A stretch of 64,000 nucleotides of DNA. Source: Candidatus Methanoperedens sp. Lineage in GTDB: Archaea > Halobacteriota > Methanosarcinia > Methanosarcinales > Methanoperedenaceae. Position numbers and translations under genes: made by a program. The notes under the pieces are model-generated. The model saw nothing but the letters and a program-made list of their open reading frames with translations. It did no database searches and had not been told where the DNA came from. This document shows, piece after piece, positions 30,051 to 40,147 of the stretch (the stretch's first letter is position 1; every line of letters starts with the position of its first letter). The stretch spans positions 5,741 to 69,740 of the forward strand of contig JAPZAV010000153.1 of assembly GCA_027460465.1 (NCBI GenBank). The letters run 5' to 3'.

Positions 30051-30255
30051 CCTTCTCCAAGAAAATTCTTCCTTTATTTGTTGTGATATATTTATCAGAC
30101 TTGTTCTCCACAAATCCCCGAATTTCCAGAAGTTTAAGATATCTTTCTGCGATTTTAAAATTAAGATTCGTTTTATAAACTATGCTCGTTTTATTAACTC
30201 CAGTCTTGGCTACATCCAGGACTTCGACGATTATATCTATTCTACTTCTCCTCAT
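30004..30255 (-). CDS. Winged helix-turn-helix transcriptional regulator (archaeal RRSRIDII...KTxIVYKxNLNF type)
   Basis: MRRSRIDIIVEVL...NKTSIVYKTNLNFKIAERYL...YITTNKG. Confidence 0.85.
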   Translation of the reverse strand: MRRSRIDIIVEVLDVAKTGVNKTSIVYKTNLNFKIAERYLKLLEIRGFVENKSDKYITTNKGRIFLEKAREITLQLEAPLLIL

Positions 30256-30417
30256 TTCTAGCCCTTCGACTCAATCCAAGTAATTAATACTATATAAGTT
30301 TATTGATTTGATGATGATAATGATAATTATAGATAATAGTGTGGTATTGTTTCCAAATTAGGAAAAATGATACTTAGAAAACATTTTAAGCAATACGATA
30401 CTGTTTGACGCACCCAC

Positions 30418-31326
30418 ATGGACGAGTACGAAAGGATCACACAATTGAAAATAGAGAGAAATGCAATAATCCTTGCGCATAATTACCAGCGCGGCGAGGT
30501 ACAGGATGCAGCCGATTTCGTGGGAGATTCGTTCGGTCTGAGCCAGAAAGCGGTTTCAAGCGGTGCAGACATGATCGTTTTTTGCGGCGTGGATTTCATG
30601 GCAGAGAGTGCTGCAGTGCTTAACCCTGATAAGATCGTTCTCATGCCTGAACTCAATGCCCAGTGCCCCATGGCAGCCATGATAACACCTGAGGCTCTGA
30701 GACTTGAAAAACAAAAATATCCTGATGCTGCGGTCGTCTGCTATGTCAACACACCGGCGGCTGTGAAAGCTGAAAGCGATATATGCTGCACCTCAGCGAA
30801 CGCGATAAAGGTTGTGAACTCGCTGGAGGAAGAGGAGATCATCTTTGTTCCTGACAGGAATCTTGCATTGTTCGTGGCAGCAGGCACAGAGAAAAAGATC
30901 ATTCCCTGGAACGGTTACTGCCCCACTCATCATCTGATACTGCCTGGCGATATACTGCTTGAAAAGGAAGAGCACCCAGATGCCAAGGTTCTCGTCCACC
31001 CTGAGTGCAGGCAGGAAGTCATTGCACTTGCTGATAAGGTACTGAGTACTTCAGGGATGTTGAAGTATGCCTCCCAGTCAGGCTCAAAGGAATTTATCAT
31101 AGGCACTGAAGTAGGGCTTTTGCACAGGCTAAGAAAAGAGAATCCTGATAAAATATTTATTCCTGCCACAAAATACGCCGTGTGTCCTAACATGAAGATG
31201 AACACACTCGGCAGCATCATCCGTGCGCTTGAGAAAAAGGAGCACATTATGAAAATCCCTGCGGATATCAGGGTAAAGGCAAAACTTGCACTTGACAGGA
31301 TGCTTGAAGCCGGCAGGGGTGATTGA
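30418..31326 (+). CDS. nadA: Quinolinate synthase
   Basis: ILAHNYQ, FCGVDFMAES, CPMA, YVNT, HPEC, GTEVG, CPNMK. Confidence 0.96.
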   Translation: MDEYERITQLKIERNAIILAHNYQRGEVQDAADFVGDSFGLSQKAVSSGADMIVFCGVDFMAESAAVLNPDKIVLMPELNAQCPMAAMITPEALRLEKQKYPDAAVVCYVNTPAAVKAESDICCTSANAIKVVNSLEEEEIIFVPDRNLALFVAAGTEKKIIPWNGYCPTHHLILPGDILLEKEEHPDAKVLVHPECRQEVIALADKVLSTSGMLKYASQSGSKEFIIGTEVGLLHRLRKENPDKIFIPATKYAVCPNMKMNTLGSIIRALEKKEHIMKIPADIRVKAKLALDRMLEAGRGD

Positions 31327-32168
31327 TGCTCATCCTTGAGCTGATTCGCTATAAGAACTGCGCCATGGCAGGTCTTGCAGCCGTCATTGGCAGCGCCATA
31401 GCCTACAGTATTGCGCCGGGGCAGATCATCTGGATGCTGCTGGTTTTTCTTACTGTTTTCCTTGTGACCGGGGCCGGGAACGCGGTCAATGATTATTTTG
31501 ACGCTGCGATCGATGCTGTCAATAGACCCGGACGCCCCATACCTTCTGGAAGAATAAGAAAAGAATCGGTGCTCAGAGTTTCGATTGTATTATTCGCATC
31601 AGGTATTATGATCGCATATTTCATAGGTCAGTCTCTTATTCCTTTTTCTATCGCGGTCTTTAACTCATTCCTTCTTTTTTTCTATGCATACTCTCTGAAA
31701 AAAAAGGTCTTTGTAGGGAATTTAAGCGTTGCCTATCTCACAGGTTCAACATTCCTCTTCGGGGGCTCGGCTTATGGTCTGACAGGTGTGCAGGTCATAT
31801 TTGTGCTGTTTTTCTTATCCATGCTTGCAACCCTTGCACGCGAGATCGTAAAAGCTATCGAGGATATAGAAGGGGATAGAAAAGACGGCGCACTGACACT
31901 GCCTATCCTGGCTGGAGAGAGGCGATCTGCTTATATCGCTTCAGCGTTCGGGTTAATTGGCGTGGCTTTAAGTCCGCTGCCTTATCTTATGCGATTGTTC
32001 AATGAATATTATCTGTTCGCGGTCCTGATAGCAGATATCGTCTTTTTGTATGCCGTTGCCCTGATATTGAGAAGAAGGCCATCCGGGTCTTCTAAATACT
32101 TCAAGGTCGCCATGTTCCTGGCATTACTTGCGTTCGTCGCAGGCAGCATTTTGAACAAAATCCTATAG
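31323..32168 (+). CDS. Digeranylgeranylglyceryl phosphate synthase (UbiA family)
   Basis: GNAVNDYFDAAIDAVNRPGRPIPSG, REIVKAIEDIEGD. Confidence 0.88.
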   Translation: MMLILELIRYKNCAMAGLAAVIGSAIAYSIAPGQIIWMLLVFLTVFLVTGAGNAVNDYFDAAIDAVNRPGRPIPSGRIRKESVLRVSIVLFASGIMIAYFIGQSLIPFSIAVFNSFLLFFYAYSLKKKVFVGNLSVAYLTGSTFLFGGSAYGLTGVQVIFVLFFLSMLATLAREIVKAIEDIEGDRKDGALTLPILAGERRSAYIASAFGLIGVALSPLPYLMRLFNEYYLFAVLIADIVFLYAVALILRRRPSGSSKYFKVAMFLALLAFVAGSILNKIL

Positions 32169-32738
32169 TACGCCCTTGGTACTCGGTATACCCGAGCCGC
32201 TCTGCCTGACAGCCCGTTTCAGTGCGATCCCGAACGCCTTGAAAAGCGCCTCGATCTTGTGGTGGTCATTTTCCCCTGTTACGTTCAGGTGTGCATTGAT
32301 GCCTGCATTGCTTACCAGAGATTCAAAGAAATGGCGCGTGTTCTGAGGATTGAAATCCCCTATCTTCTGGTTCGCAAAATCGGCATTAAATGCAAGAAAA
32401 CTCCTCCCGCTAAGATCCACGGCTGCGGATGCAAGCGCCTCGTCCATCGGGACTCTTGCATCCCCGAATCGTTCTATCCCTTTCTTGTCAGCGAGAGCTT
32501 TGTGGATCGCGCTTCCAAGGGTTATACCCACATCCTCTATTGTATGATGATCGTCCACAGTAAGGTCGCCCTTTGCCTTTACCATGAGATCAAAGTAGCC
32601 ATGCCTTGCAAAAGAATTCAGCATATGGTCAAAAAATGCAATTCCAGTATTGATATCAGTGTTTCCAGAGCCATCGAGCAATAGTCTGACTTCGATGTCG
32701 GTCTCGTTCGTTTTTCTTGCTAATTTTGATTCTCGCAT
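32163..32738 (-). CDS. hisB: Imidazoleglycerol-phosphate dehydratase
   Basis: RKTNETDI, FFDHML, DDHHTIED, PMDEAL, ENDHHKIEALFKA. Confidence 0.97.
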   Translation of the reverse strand: MRESKLARKTNETDIEVRLLLDGSGNTDINTGIAFFDHMLNSFARHGYFDLMVKAKGDLTVDDHHTIEDVGITLGSAIHKALADKKGIERFGDARVPMDEALASAAVDLSGRSFLAFNADFANQKIGDFNPQNTRHFFESLVSNAGINAHLNVTGENDHHKIEALFKAFGIALKRAVRQSGSGIPSTKGVL

Positions 32739-32791
32739 GATGGCTTTTTATATTAATCAAATGGAATATAAAGGTATTGTTTATCAGCCCT

Positions 32792-33157
32792 TTATCCGAG
32801 CACCTGTTTTATCTTCTCTGATGCCTTTGCAAGCTCGATAAGGATCAATCCAAGACCCGCATCAGGCTCTGTCATGACCACAAGCAGCGCCTTTGATCCA
32901 GCCCCCATTGTGATTATCTTACCATCCTTTGATTCCACTATGATCCTTTCAGGAATGCCTTTCCCGAGCTCGGCAGTTGCAGTCTCCGCCGCCCCCAGCA
33001 TTGTCGCCGACATCGCAGCGAATGTTTCAGCATGGAGTTTTCCGGACACTGTTGAATATATAAGCAAACCATCCCTGCTTGCCACAGCTGAGGCTTCAAT
33101 ACCCCCTATGTTCTTAAGATCATTCAATATCTTTTCAAGCATCTCTACGGTTGTCAT
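32792..33157 (-). CDS. Roadblock/LC7-family protein
   Basis: GIEASAVASRDGLLI, FAAMSATMLGAAETA. Confidence 0.88.
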   Translation of the reverse strand: MTTVEMLEKILNDLKNIGGIEASAVASRDGLLIYSTVSGKLHAETFAAMSATMLGAAETATAELGKGIPERIIVESKDGKIITMGAGSKALLVVMTEPDAGLGLILIELAKASEKIKQVLG

Positions 33158-33411
33158 GTTTATCGTGTCAATTCTGCAATTTATAAATTATATTGACATT
33201 CATACATATTAAATAATTCTATAAATTACTTATAAACTCAAAAGTTTATCAAACATCCACGCATAGAACTTAGCAATATATGAAGTTATTCATGATGAAA
33301 GCAATATTGCCCAAATCAAGCAATTTTTAACTCTTTAACTATATATGTAAGATATGTGTAAACTGAGACAATATCAGGCAGTGATGGAAAGGTAGGAAGA
33401 AATGATATAAA

Positions 33412-34224
33412 ATGAAGCGGAGAGGAGCGAAAAATGATGATGATGAGATTCTGTACCTTTCAGTCTGTTCTGATCTGCGAAAGAATATCATTATCAGTCT
33501 GAAAGAAGGGAAAAAGTCTCTCAGTGAACTGAGGAGCGAGCTTGAAATAAGCTCCACGACAGCCATACATGCATTGAGAGAGCTTGAAAAGTACAATCTC
33601 ACATCCCAGGGCAAAGATAAAAAATATGTGCTCACAAGGATCGGCAAGATCATAGCTTTGAAATTGATGGATTTCAGTGCCGCTGCAGAGGTACTGAAAA
33701 AGCATGAACGATTCTGGCTTGATCATGATCTCTGCGGGATCCCGGAGCATCTGCTTGTGAAGATCGGGTGGTTGAAAGAATCCAGTCTGATTCAAATAAA
33801 TGCTCTGGATATTATTAAAACGCATAACACATATGTTGATTTTATCAAAAACGCTAAGTGGATCAAAGGGGTTTCTCCTATTTTTTCTTCGGATTATCCT
33901 GTTGTATTCAAAAGCATTATTGAGAGAGGCGTCAGCACACAACTTGTATTGACAGAAGCTGTATTTAAAAAAGCAATTGATTCGGTGGGTATAGAGGCTC
34001 AAAGGCATGCAATGCGTAATTATCCTTATGAGATATTTATAACCGATGAAGATTTAAAAGTTGCATTTACAGTTACAGATGTTTTCTTTTCACTCGGATT
34101 ATTTACAAATTATGGAATATACGATACAACGCTGGATTTGATCAGTATTGATGAAAGAGCGGTAAAATGGGGTCTTGAGCTGTTTGAATACTATAAAGGA
34201 AGAGCTAAGAAATGTGAATTGTGA
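33412..34224 (+). CDS. Winged-helix transcriptional regulator with DUF1724-like C-terminal domain
   Basis: SDLRKNIIISL..GKKSL.EL..L, FWLDHDL.GIP, AFTVTD.FFSLGLF, WG.ELFEYY. Confidence 0.85.
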   Translation: MKRRGAKNDDDEILYLSVCSDLRKNIIISLKEGKKSLSELRSELEISSTTAIHALRELEKYNLTSQGKDKKYVLTRIGKIIALKLMDFSAAAEVLKKHERFWLDHDLCGIPEHLLVKIGWLKESSLIQINALDIIKTHNTYVDFIKNAKWIKGVSPIFSSDYPVVFKSIIERGVSTQLVLTEAVFKKAIDSVGIEAQRHAMRNYPYEIFITDEDLKVAFTVTDVFFSLGLFTNYGIYDTTLDLISIDERAVKWGLELFEYYKGRAKKCEL

Positions 34225-34318
34225 TTTTTATAGTGGGAAAGACAAACTAAATTCGCTATGCAGAGAGCGATTTTAATTAGTTCAAACCGTGTATAAATGC
34301 GAATATTAGACGGGCTTT

Positions 34319-35236
34319 ATGCAAGAGGATATTCTCAGAATAGAAGCAGTGTCACCTCTGGGGAGATTGAGATCTTATCGAATAGCAAATATACTCCTGG
34401 AATTCCTGATTTCAACTTCATTGTTTTTAGCAATAAATGGTTCACTGAAGATTTTTTTCTCAGAAACTTTATACAACATGTTCGCTCTGAGTGCTATTAT
34501 CATTACTTTTTTAATCACATTTAGCACATACGGATTGAACAAACTGACAGACTTAAATGAGGATACAATCAATCTTCCCGAAAGAGCGAACACAATAAAA
34601 GTATTAGGACAATTATTTAAATATTCTGTGATTTTTTCTTATATGCTTTCGATATTTTTAGGTTTTCTCGTGGATATCTCTACGCTACCTGTTCTCTTTT
34701 TCCCTTTAATTCTTGGTACTTTATACAGTCTGAGGCTATCCAGAAATGTCCCAAGACTTAAAGATATCGCAGGCGTAAAAAATATAACCATAGCTTTAAC
34801 ATGGTCTGTGGGATCGACTTTTCTACCTTTAGTTTATCTTTCAGAAACAAAAATAATGCAAATAACATTGATATTTTATTTATTTTTTCTTAAAAGTTAT
34901 ATAAACAGCATTCTATTCGATGTTCGAGATATCAAGGGTGATAGCGATAATGGAATACGAACAATACCCGTATACCTGGGAATAAAAAAAACAAGAACAT
35001 TTTTACTCTTTCTGAATACGACCTTCATACCATGGCTTCTAACATCATATTTCCAGGGTTTTTTCAGCAAATATTACTCCCTCCTTTTCTTTAGCGTCAT
35101 CTATGGTTACGGGTATATTCTGCATTTTTGCAGAGAAGGTAAGAAAATAGGTAAATCCCTGGATTTGCTTGTAGATGGGGAGTGGATACCGATTGCATTC
35201 TTCGCATTAGTGATTTCCAGAACGATGCATTTTTAA
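34319..35236 (+). CDS. UbiA-family prenyltransferase
   Basis: YGLNKLTDLNED..NLPER, FDVRDIKGD..NGIRTIP. Confidence 0.82.
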   Translation: MQEDILRIEAVSPLGRLRSYRIANILLEFLISTSLFLAINGSLKIFFSETLYNMFALSAIIITFLITFSTYGLNKLTDLNEDTINLPERANTIKVLGQLFKYSVIFSYMLSIFLGFLVDISTLPVLFFPLILGTLYSLRLSRNVPRLKDIAGVKNITIALTWSVGSTFLPLVYLSETKIMQITLIFYLFFLKSYINSILFDVRDIKGDSDNGIRTIPVYLGIKKTRTFLLFLNTTFIPWLLTSYFQGFFSKYYSLLFFSVIYGYGYILHFCREGKKIGKSLDLLVDGEWIPIAFFALVISRTMHF

Positions 35237-35251
35237 GCTGTACTTCCACAT

Positions 35252-38113
35252 CTATTCGATATAAATAGCAGGTCTCATAGGGGACGCAAGGCGGCTTTTC
35301 CCCCGAGGATCGTACTCTGGAGCATCTGCGCTGTAGATCTCTATACTGCATTCCACTGCACGGCTTATGAAATCCTTTGCTTCGCTCAAAGCGGTCAGAT
35401 CATCAAAATCCACTTCAAGCATAGAGTCCATCAGTTCAGTCTCCATGCCCTGGATATCAGCGATCACCTTTTGCGCGAACTTTGGAACTTCTCTGGCATG
35501 TGCCTTCATGGCTGGGTCGCTCATGAGCGCGTTCATGAGAGCTTTCATATCAAGAACATTGTTTTTTTTCATCATTATGGCTTTTTTCAGCACGCTTTTT
35601 TTCCATGAAGCTGCTGTATACAGAATAATCCTTTTTGGTTTTATCTTGATAAGCCTCAAGATCTCCTCTATATCGCGGAGCGTGCTGCCTGTAACTTCCT
35701 CCGCAAGCTCAGCACCTTTATCAATGAGCGATGCATCGACTTCAGGGAACCCGGAGAGAGATACGAATTCCCCTCCAATCTTCTCCTCAATTTCTTCACA
35801 TATATGGGGTGTAAAAGGCGACATTAACCTGACCCAGATTTTGAGTACTTTTTTCCTTGCCGCATTTCCGCCTCTTTTCTCATACCATTTCATATCGTTC
35901 ATGAGCTGGTAGAACGCATTCTGGACAGCCCTTCGCGTCTGTACTTTATTCAATGCATCCATGGTTTCCCCGATCCTGTACTGCAGCCTGCTCAGGATCC
36001 ATTTATCAATGAACTTTAATTCGTGGGATTCCTCCCCGTTTATCATATCATGAGCCATTTTATAGAACCGCTCGACCTGCTTCCTTGTAGCTTCGACATC
36101 AGCTTTTCTCCAGTCCGCGTCCTGTATATGCTCGGCTGTGCTCAGGATATAAAGGCGGGTGATATCAGCGCCGTAATCTTTAACCGCAGATTTAAGAGTT
36201 AGAATAGGTCCTTTTGATTTGCTCATCTTCTCCCCTTCAAGCGACACGAACCCGTTGATCGCGATAGCTCGTGGCCAGTACATCTCCTGAAATATCACCA
36301 CATGATGGAACAGAAAAAACAGCAGATGGTTTGGGATCAGGTCCTTTCCAGAAGAGCGAAGATCAACAGGATACCAGTATTCTAAATCAGATCTGATATT
36401 CTTAATTATCTCAGGCTGGATTGATGTCCTGGCTGCAACGTCTTCGGGTTTTCCATCTCCAAGCAGGCAGTAATCGAAGAACTCCTTTTTCAATTGCTCT
36501 GGTCTGAACTTATCAAGGTATTTCGCAATAATATAATAAGACATATATATTGTTGAATCTCCAAGCGACTCGATCATCCACTCTGGATCCCATGGCAGTC
36601 TTGTCCCCAGCCCTTTTCTGCGGGCGCAGGCTTTATCCTTCAGCCAGTCGACTTTGTTCTCAAAGTCTACCCTTATCTCTGGCGGGATTATCTGCATATT
36701 CCCCAGGCATTTATACACCAGTTCTTTCCATGAAGGATCTGAATAATTCAGGAACCACTGATTCTCCACCATTTTTATAACGCATGTGGCACCGCATCTG
36801 CATATTACGGGCTGTTCGCTGAATTCATAGAACACGTCCGCGATCCCTTCTTCTATCAGGTCGTGTGCCAGAACATCTTTTATCTTTGATACAGCCATGC
36901 CTGCATATTTCCCCGTGGTCCCGGTCAGCACCCCTCCATGAAACTCCCTCCTGTATACGAGTTTCGTTGCCTCTTCTGCTCCTGGATCGTTCTGGTCTTT
37001 CACTTTCAGTTCATTCACAGCATCAACAGCAGGGTATTTTCCATACTCAGGCACTTTTATCAGAGAAATCAGTGGTATCGAGGAAACATCCTCTTTGATA
37101 CCATATTTTTTTAAATCCGCCCCTTTCAGATCACGAAGCGCAAGATAGTCGTAAGGTGCATGTGCAGGCACGCTCATCACAATACCGCTTCCGTTTTTTG
37201 GGCTCACAAAAGACGCAGGCAATATCAGAACAACAGATCCTGTGATCGGGTTGCTGACTTTTCTGCCTATCAGCTCTTCACCTTTGACTTCTCCCATCAG
37301 TTCTACTTTTTTATCTGTGAACCTGAGTTTTTCATATGCCTCTTTGCTCACGATCCAGATCTCATCATCAACTTTTATTCTTGCATGCACCACTTCCGGG
37401 TTCACCCACAGGTTCGTTACTCCAAAAACCGTCTCAGGGCGAAGCGTGGCACATGGAAGGATCTCACCATCGAGCTTGAATTTGATGAGGGTGTAATCCA
37501 GAATCGTGGCATCCTCTCCTTTGAGGATGTCATGGTCTTCGACAGGGTTTTCATCGTTCGGGCACCATCGAACCGGATGTGCGCCCTTTACGACCTTTTC
37601 TTTCTCGTAAAGGAGATTGAACTGCCATGTGATGAACCTCTGATAATGAGGGTCTGTGGTCGTGAACTTCCGTCTCCAGTCTATGGAAAAACCAATGCTC
37701 TTCATCGCTGCTTCAGCTTCTTTGCTGAAATATTCCACGATCTGCTCAGGTGTCTGGATGTTCTCGAGGACTTCGAGCGGTATCTCATGAAGCTGGTTGT
37801 ATACCCTCAGGGTCTCTGGATCCTTTTTCTGGATCTGTTCTGCAAGACCCACGATCGGCGTGCCTGTGGCATGAAAACCCATCGGGAACAGGACATTATA
37901 ACCAAGCATTCTCCTATACCGTGCGATCACATCGCCAATCGTGAAGGTCCTGGTATGACCTGCATGAAGATTTCCATTCAGATAAGGGTAAGGGATCGTG
38001 ATAAAAAACTTTTTTCTGCTATCTGGCTCTGATTCGAATATCCTGGCATCAGCCCATTTCCTCTGCCATTTTTCCTCTATTTCATGCGGGTTGTACCTGT
38101 CTTTCATCGGCAT
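35252..38113 (-). CDS. leuS: Leucine--tRNA ligase
   Basis: PYPYLNGNLHAGH (HIGH), KMSKSKG, RPAIYIE end. Confidence 0.97.
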   Translation of the reverse strand: MPMKDRYNPHEIEEKWQRKWADARIFESEPDSRKKFFITIPYPYLNGNLHAGHTRTFTIGDVIARYRRMLGYNVLFPMGFHATGTPIVGLAEQIQKKDPETLRVYNQLHEIPLEVLENIQTPEQIVEYFSKEAEAAMKSIGFSIDWRRKFTTTDPHYQRFITWQFNLLYEKEKVVKGAHPVRWCPNDENPVEDHDILKGEDATILDYTLIKFKLDGEILPCATLRPETVFGVTNLWVNPEVVHARIKVDDEIWIVSKEAYEKLRFTDKKVELMGEVKGEELIGRKVSNPITGSVVLILPASFVSPKNGSGIVMSVPAHAPYDYLALRDLKGADLKKYGIKEDVSSIPLISLIKVPEYGKYPAVDAVNELKVKDQNDPGAEEATKLVYRREFHGGVLTGTTGKYAGMAVSKIKDVLAHDLIEEGIADVFYEFSEQPVICRCGATCVIKMVENQWFLNYSDPSWKELVYKCLGNMQIIPPEIRVDFENKVDWLKDKACARRKGLGTRLPWDPEWMIESLGDSTIYMSYYIIAKYLDKFRPEQLKKEFFDYCLLGDGKPEDVAARTSIQPEIIKNIRSDLEYWYPVDLRSSGKDLIPNHLLFFLFHHVVIFQEMYWPRAIAINGFVSLEGEKMSKSKGPILTLKSAVKDYGADITRLYILSTAEHIQDADWRKADVEATRKQVERFYKMAHDMINGEESHELKFIDKWILSRLQYRIGETMDALNKVQTRRAVQNAFYQLMNDMKWYEKRGGNAARKKVLKIWVRLMSPFTPHICEEIEEKIGGEFVSLSGFPEVDASLIDKGAELAEEVTGSTLRDIEEILRLIKIKPKRIILYTAASWKKSVLKKAIMMKKNNVLDMKALMNALMSDPAMKAHAREVPKFAQKVIADIQGMETELMDSMLEVDFDDLTALSEAKDFISRAVECSIEIYSADAPEYDPRGKSRLASPMRPAIYIE

Positions 38114-38175
38114 GCTTGCATTACCTATTAGTAAAAAACTTTAACGGTTTAGCAGCAATTTTATTTAGTAAATGA

Positions 38176-39216
38176 ATGTATCAAGAGAATCTTATGGAAA
38201 GGTTCAAGACAAGAGATATAGGGATTGTAATCATCATTGGTGCAATAATTTTTGGAGCTTTCATAAGAGAGATAGGATTTGAAACGTTCTTTTCTTTGAT
38301 AGGTGATGCCAACAAACCGCTTCTTTTTCTTGTGATCCTGTTCAATTTTCTGAATGTCCTTGTCTTCACGATAACATGGAAGCTCCTTATCCCTTCGAAT
38401 ATCAGCCTTAACAAATTATTCAAATTCTACATGGCAGGGACGTTCATCAATAACATCACACCCACGTTCGGCACTGGCGGCGAACCTGTAAAGGCAATGC
38501 TCCTTGGAAAAGAGACAGGCAGAAACAAAGCAGAATGCTTCGCAGGCGTGATCTCGCAGAGGATGCTGAACATGTTCCCATTCCTGACGATCGGGGGTCT
38601 TGGCATCGGACTTTTTATTTCTAAACCAGAGCTCAGGCTCAATGCCCTGGAGTTATTTGCATTGTTATTCTCCCTTGGGCTTGCCTTCGGCATTTTCTGC
38701 CTGATCATCTATTTCTATATCAGGAAAGACAAGCTCTCCTCATTCGTGAACTCATCAATCAGGTTTTTTGCTCCTTTCATCGGACTTGTGAAAAAAGGCT
38801 TTGATCAGCGAGCTTATGCCGAAGCAGTACAGGGTTCCATTGATTCGTTTCATGGTGGTTTGAAGAATATTCATCACAACAAAAAAGATCTTCTAAAGGC
38901 CACACTGCTCTCTTATTTCGGATGGGTTTTCGATATTCTTGCGATATATGCGGTATTTCTCTCACTTGGAGAAACGCAAATACATGTCAGTGTGCTTATT
39001 ATCACGTATACGCTCGCGATGATGAGCAGCTGGCTCCCACTTTTTCTTCCTGGCGGTCTTGGCATAGTGGATGTCACCATGGCAGGACTCTTCATATTCA
39101 GCGGCGTGCCTATGGAGATCGCAGTGGTTGCAACTGCGCTCTACAGGCTCGTGGCATACTGGCTCAACACAGTGGTTGGGGCTTTTTGCTTATGGTCGTC
39201 GCTAAAGCCGGAATAG
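38176..39216 (+). CDS. UPF0104 / lysylphosphatidylglycerol synthase TM-domain membrane protein (flippase-like)
   Basis: NNITP...GGEPVKA, PGGLGIVD, LYRLVAYW. Confidence 0.85.
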   Translation: MYQENLMERFKTRDIGIVIIIGAIIFGAFIREIGFETFFSLIGDANKPLLFLVILFNFLNVLVFTITWKLLIPSNISLNKLFKFYMAGTFINNITPTFGTGGEPVKAMLLGKETGRNKAECFAGVISQRMLNMFPFLTIGGLGIGLFISKPELRLNALELFALLFSLGLAFGIFCLIIYFYIRKDKLSSFVNSSIRFFAPFIGLVKKGFDQRAYAEAVQGSIDSFHGGLKNIHHNKKDLLKATLLSYFGWVFDILAIYAVFLSLGETQIHVSVLIITYTLAMMSSWLPLFLPGGLGIVDVTMAGLFIFSGVPMEIAVVATALYRLVAYWLNTVVGAFCLWSSLKPE

Positions 39217-40098
39217 GTCTTCCTTCTTAAATGTGAAACTTCCTCTGACTCTCACATGCTCTGGAAGCTCGCCAAACCTTGATTTGAGGATCAGGTCAGC
39301 GATCTCGGCCTCAAGCACCTTCGCAATCCCGATGATGGACGTGGTCGGTCTGGGGTTGACATCCACAACATACGGCTGATCTCCAAGCACCATGTCCACA
39401 CCTGCATATCCCCTGCATCCCAGTGACCTCAGGGTCTTTTTTGCAGTTTCGATGATCTCTTCGTTCCTGTCGCAGTAATATGGTACTGTTCCGCCTTTGT
39501 ATGATACGTTGCCATTGATCTCTATCAGCTGCCTGTTGACTGTAAGCGGAAGCTGTGTTCTCCCTGTTATTATGCTTGCGCTCAGGTGTTCCCCTTCTAT
39601 GAAACTGGTGGCGATGACGTCTTTTTTCAATGTTCCTGACCTGCTTTTATGTATCCCATCGGACGCGCAGCCGAACCTGGGTTTCACGACGTAATCCCCT
39701 TCATAGTCCCCGAATCCTATGGTCTCTGGCACAGGGATCTTTTCCTTCTCAAGCGCACGGGTGCATTCAAGTTTATCTGTACAGAGGCGGACTGCATCTG
39801 GAGGACAGCCCAGGTTTGCGGTGTTCTCTTCCACCACCTCGGTGAGATCTCCCAGCATCTCATCAGGCGCAATCACAATGCCTGCATCGCATTCTCTGGA
39901 TATTCTTTCGATAGACTTTTCAAAGTCCTCAGTTCTGAAAGAAACCCCGCTTTCGATCCTGATACCTGATGTCGGGTATATCACTTCATGACCGCATGAG
40001 ACAAAGCTCCTGACAAGGACGCCCAGCATCGCCTTCCCCTCGAGTATGAACTCGCGTACACCTGCACCCACTGCGTACTCTGCGACCATTATTTTCAT
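39202..40098 (-). CDS. mfnD: ATP-grasp ligase, probable tyramine--L-glutamate ligase (methanofuran)
   Basis: MKIMVAEYAVG, EGKAML, IAPD, VVKPRFG, FIEGEHLS, DVNPRPTTS. Confidence 0.7.
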   Translation of the reverse strand: MKIMVAEYAVGAGVREFILEGKAMLGVLVRSFVSCGHEVIYPTSGIRIESGVSFRTEDFEKSIERISRECDAGIVIAPDEMLGDLTEVVEENTANLGCPPDAVRLCTDKLECTRALEKEKIPVPETIGFGDYEGDYVVKPRFGCASDGIHKSRSGTLKKDVIATSFIEGEHLSASIITGRTQLPLTVNRQLIEINGNVSYKGGTVPYYCDRNEEIIETAKKTLRSLGCRGYAGVDMVLGDQPYVVDVNPRPTTSIIGIAKVLEAEIADLILKSRFGELPEHVRVRGSFTFKKEDLFRL

Positions 40099-40147
40099 GG
40101 GATACAGAAAGGTCTTATCTGTATTAAAGTTGTACGAAAAGGAGAAA

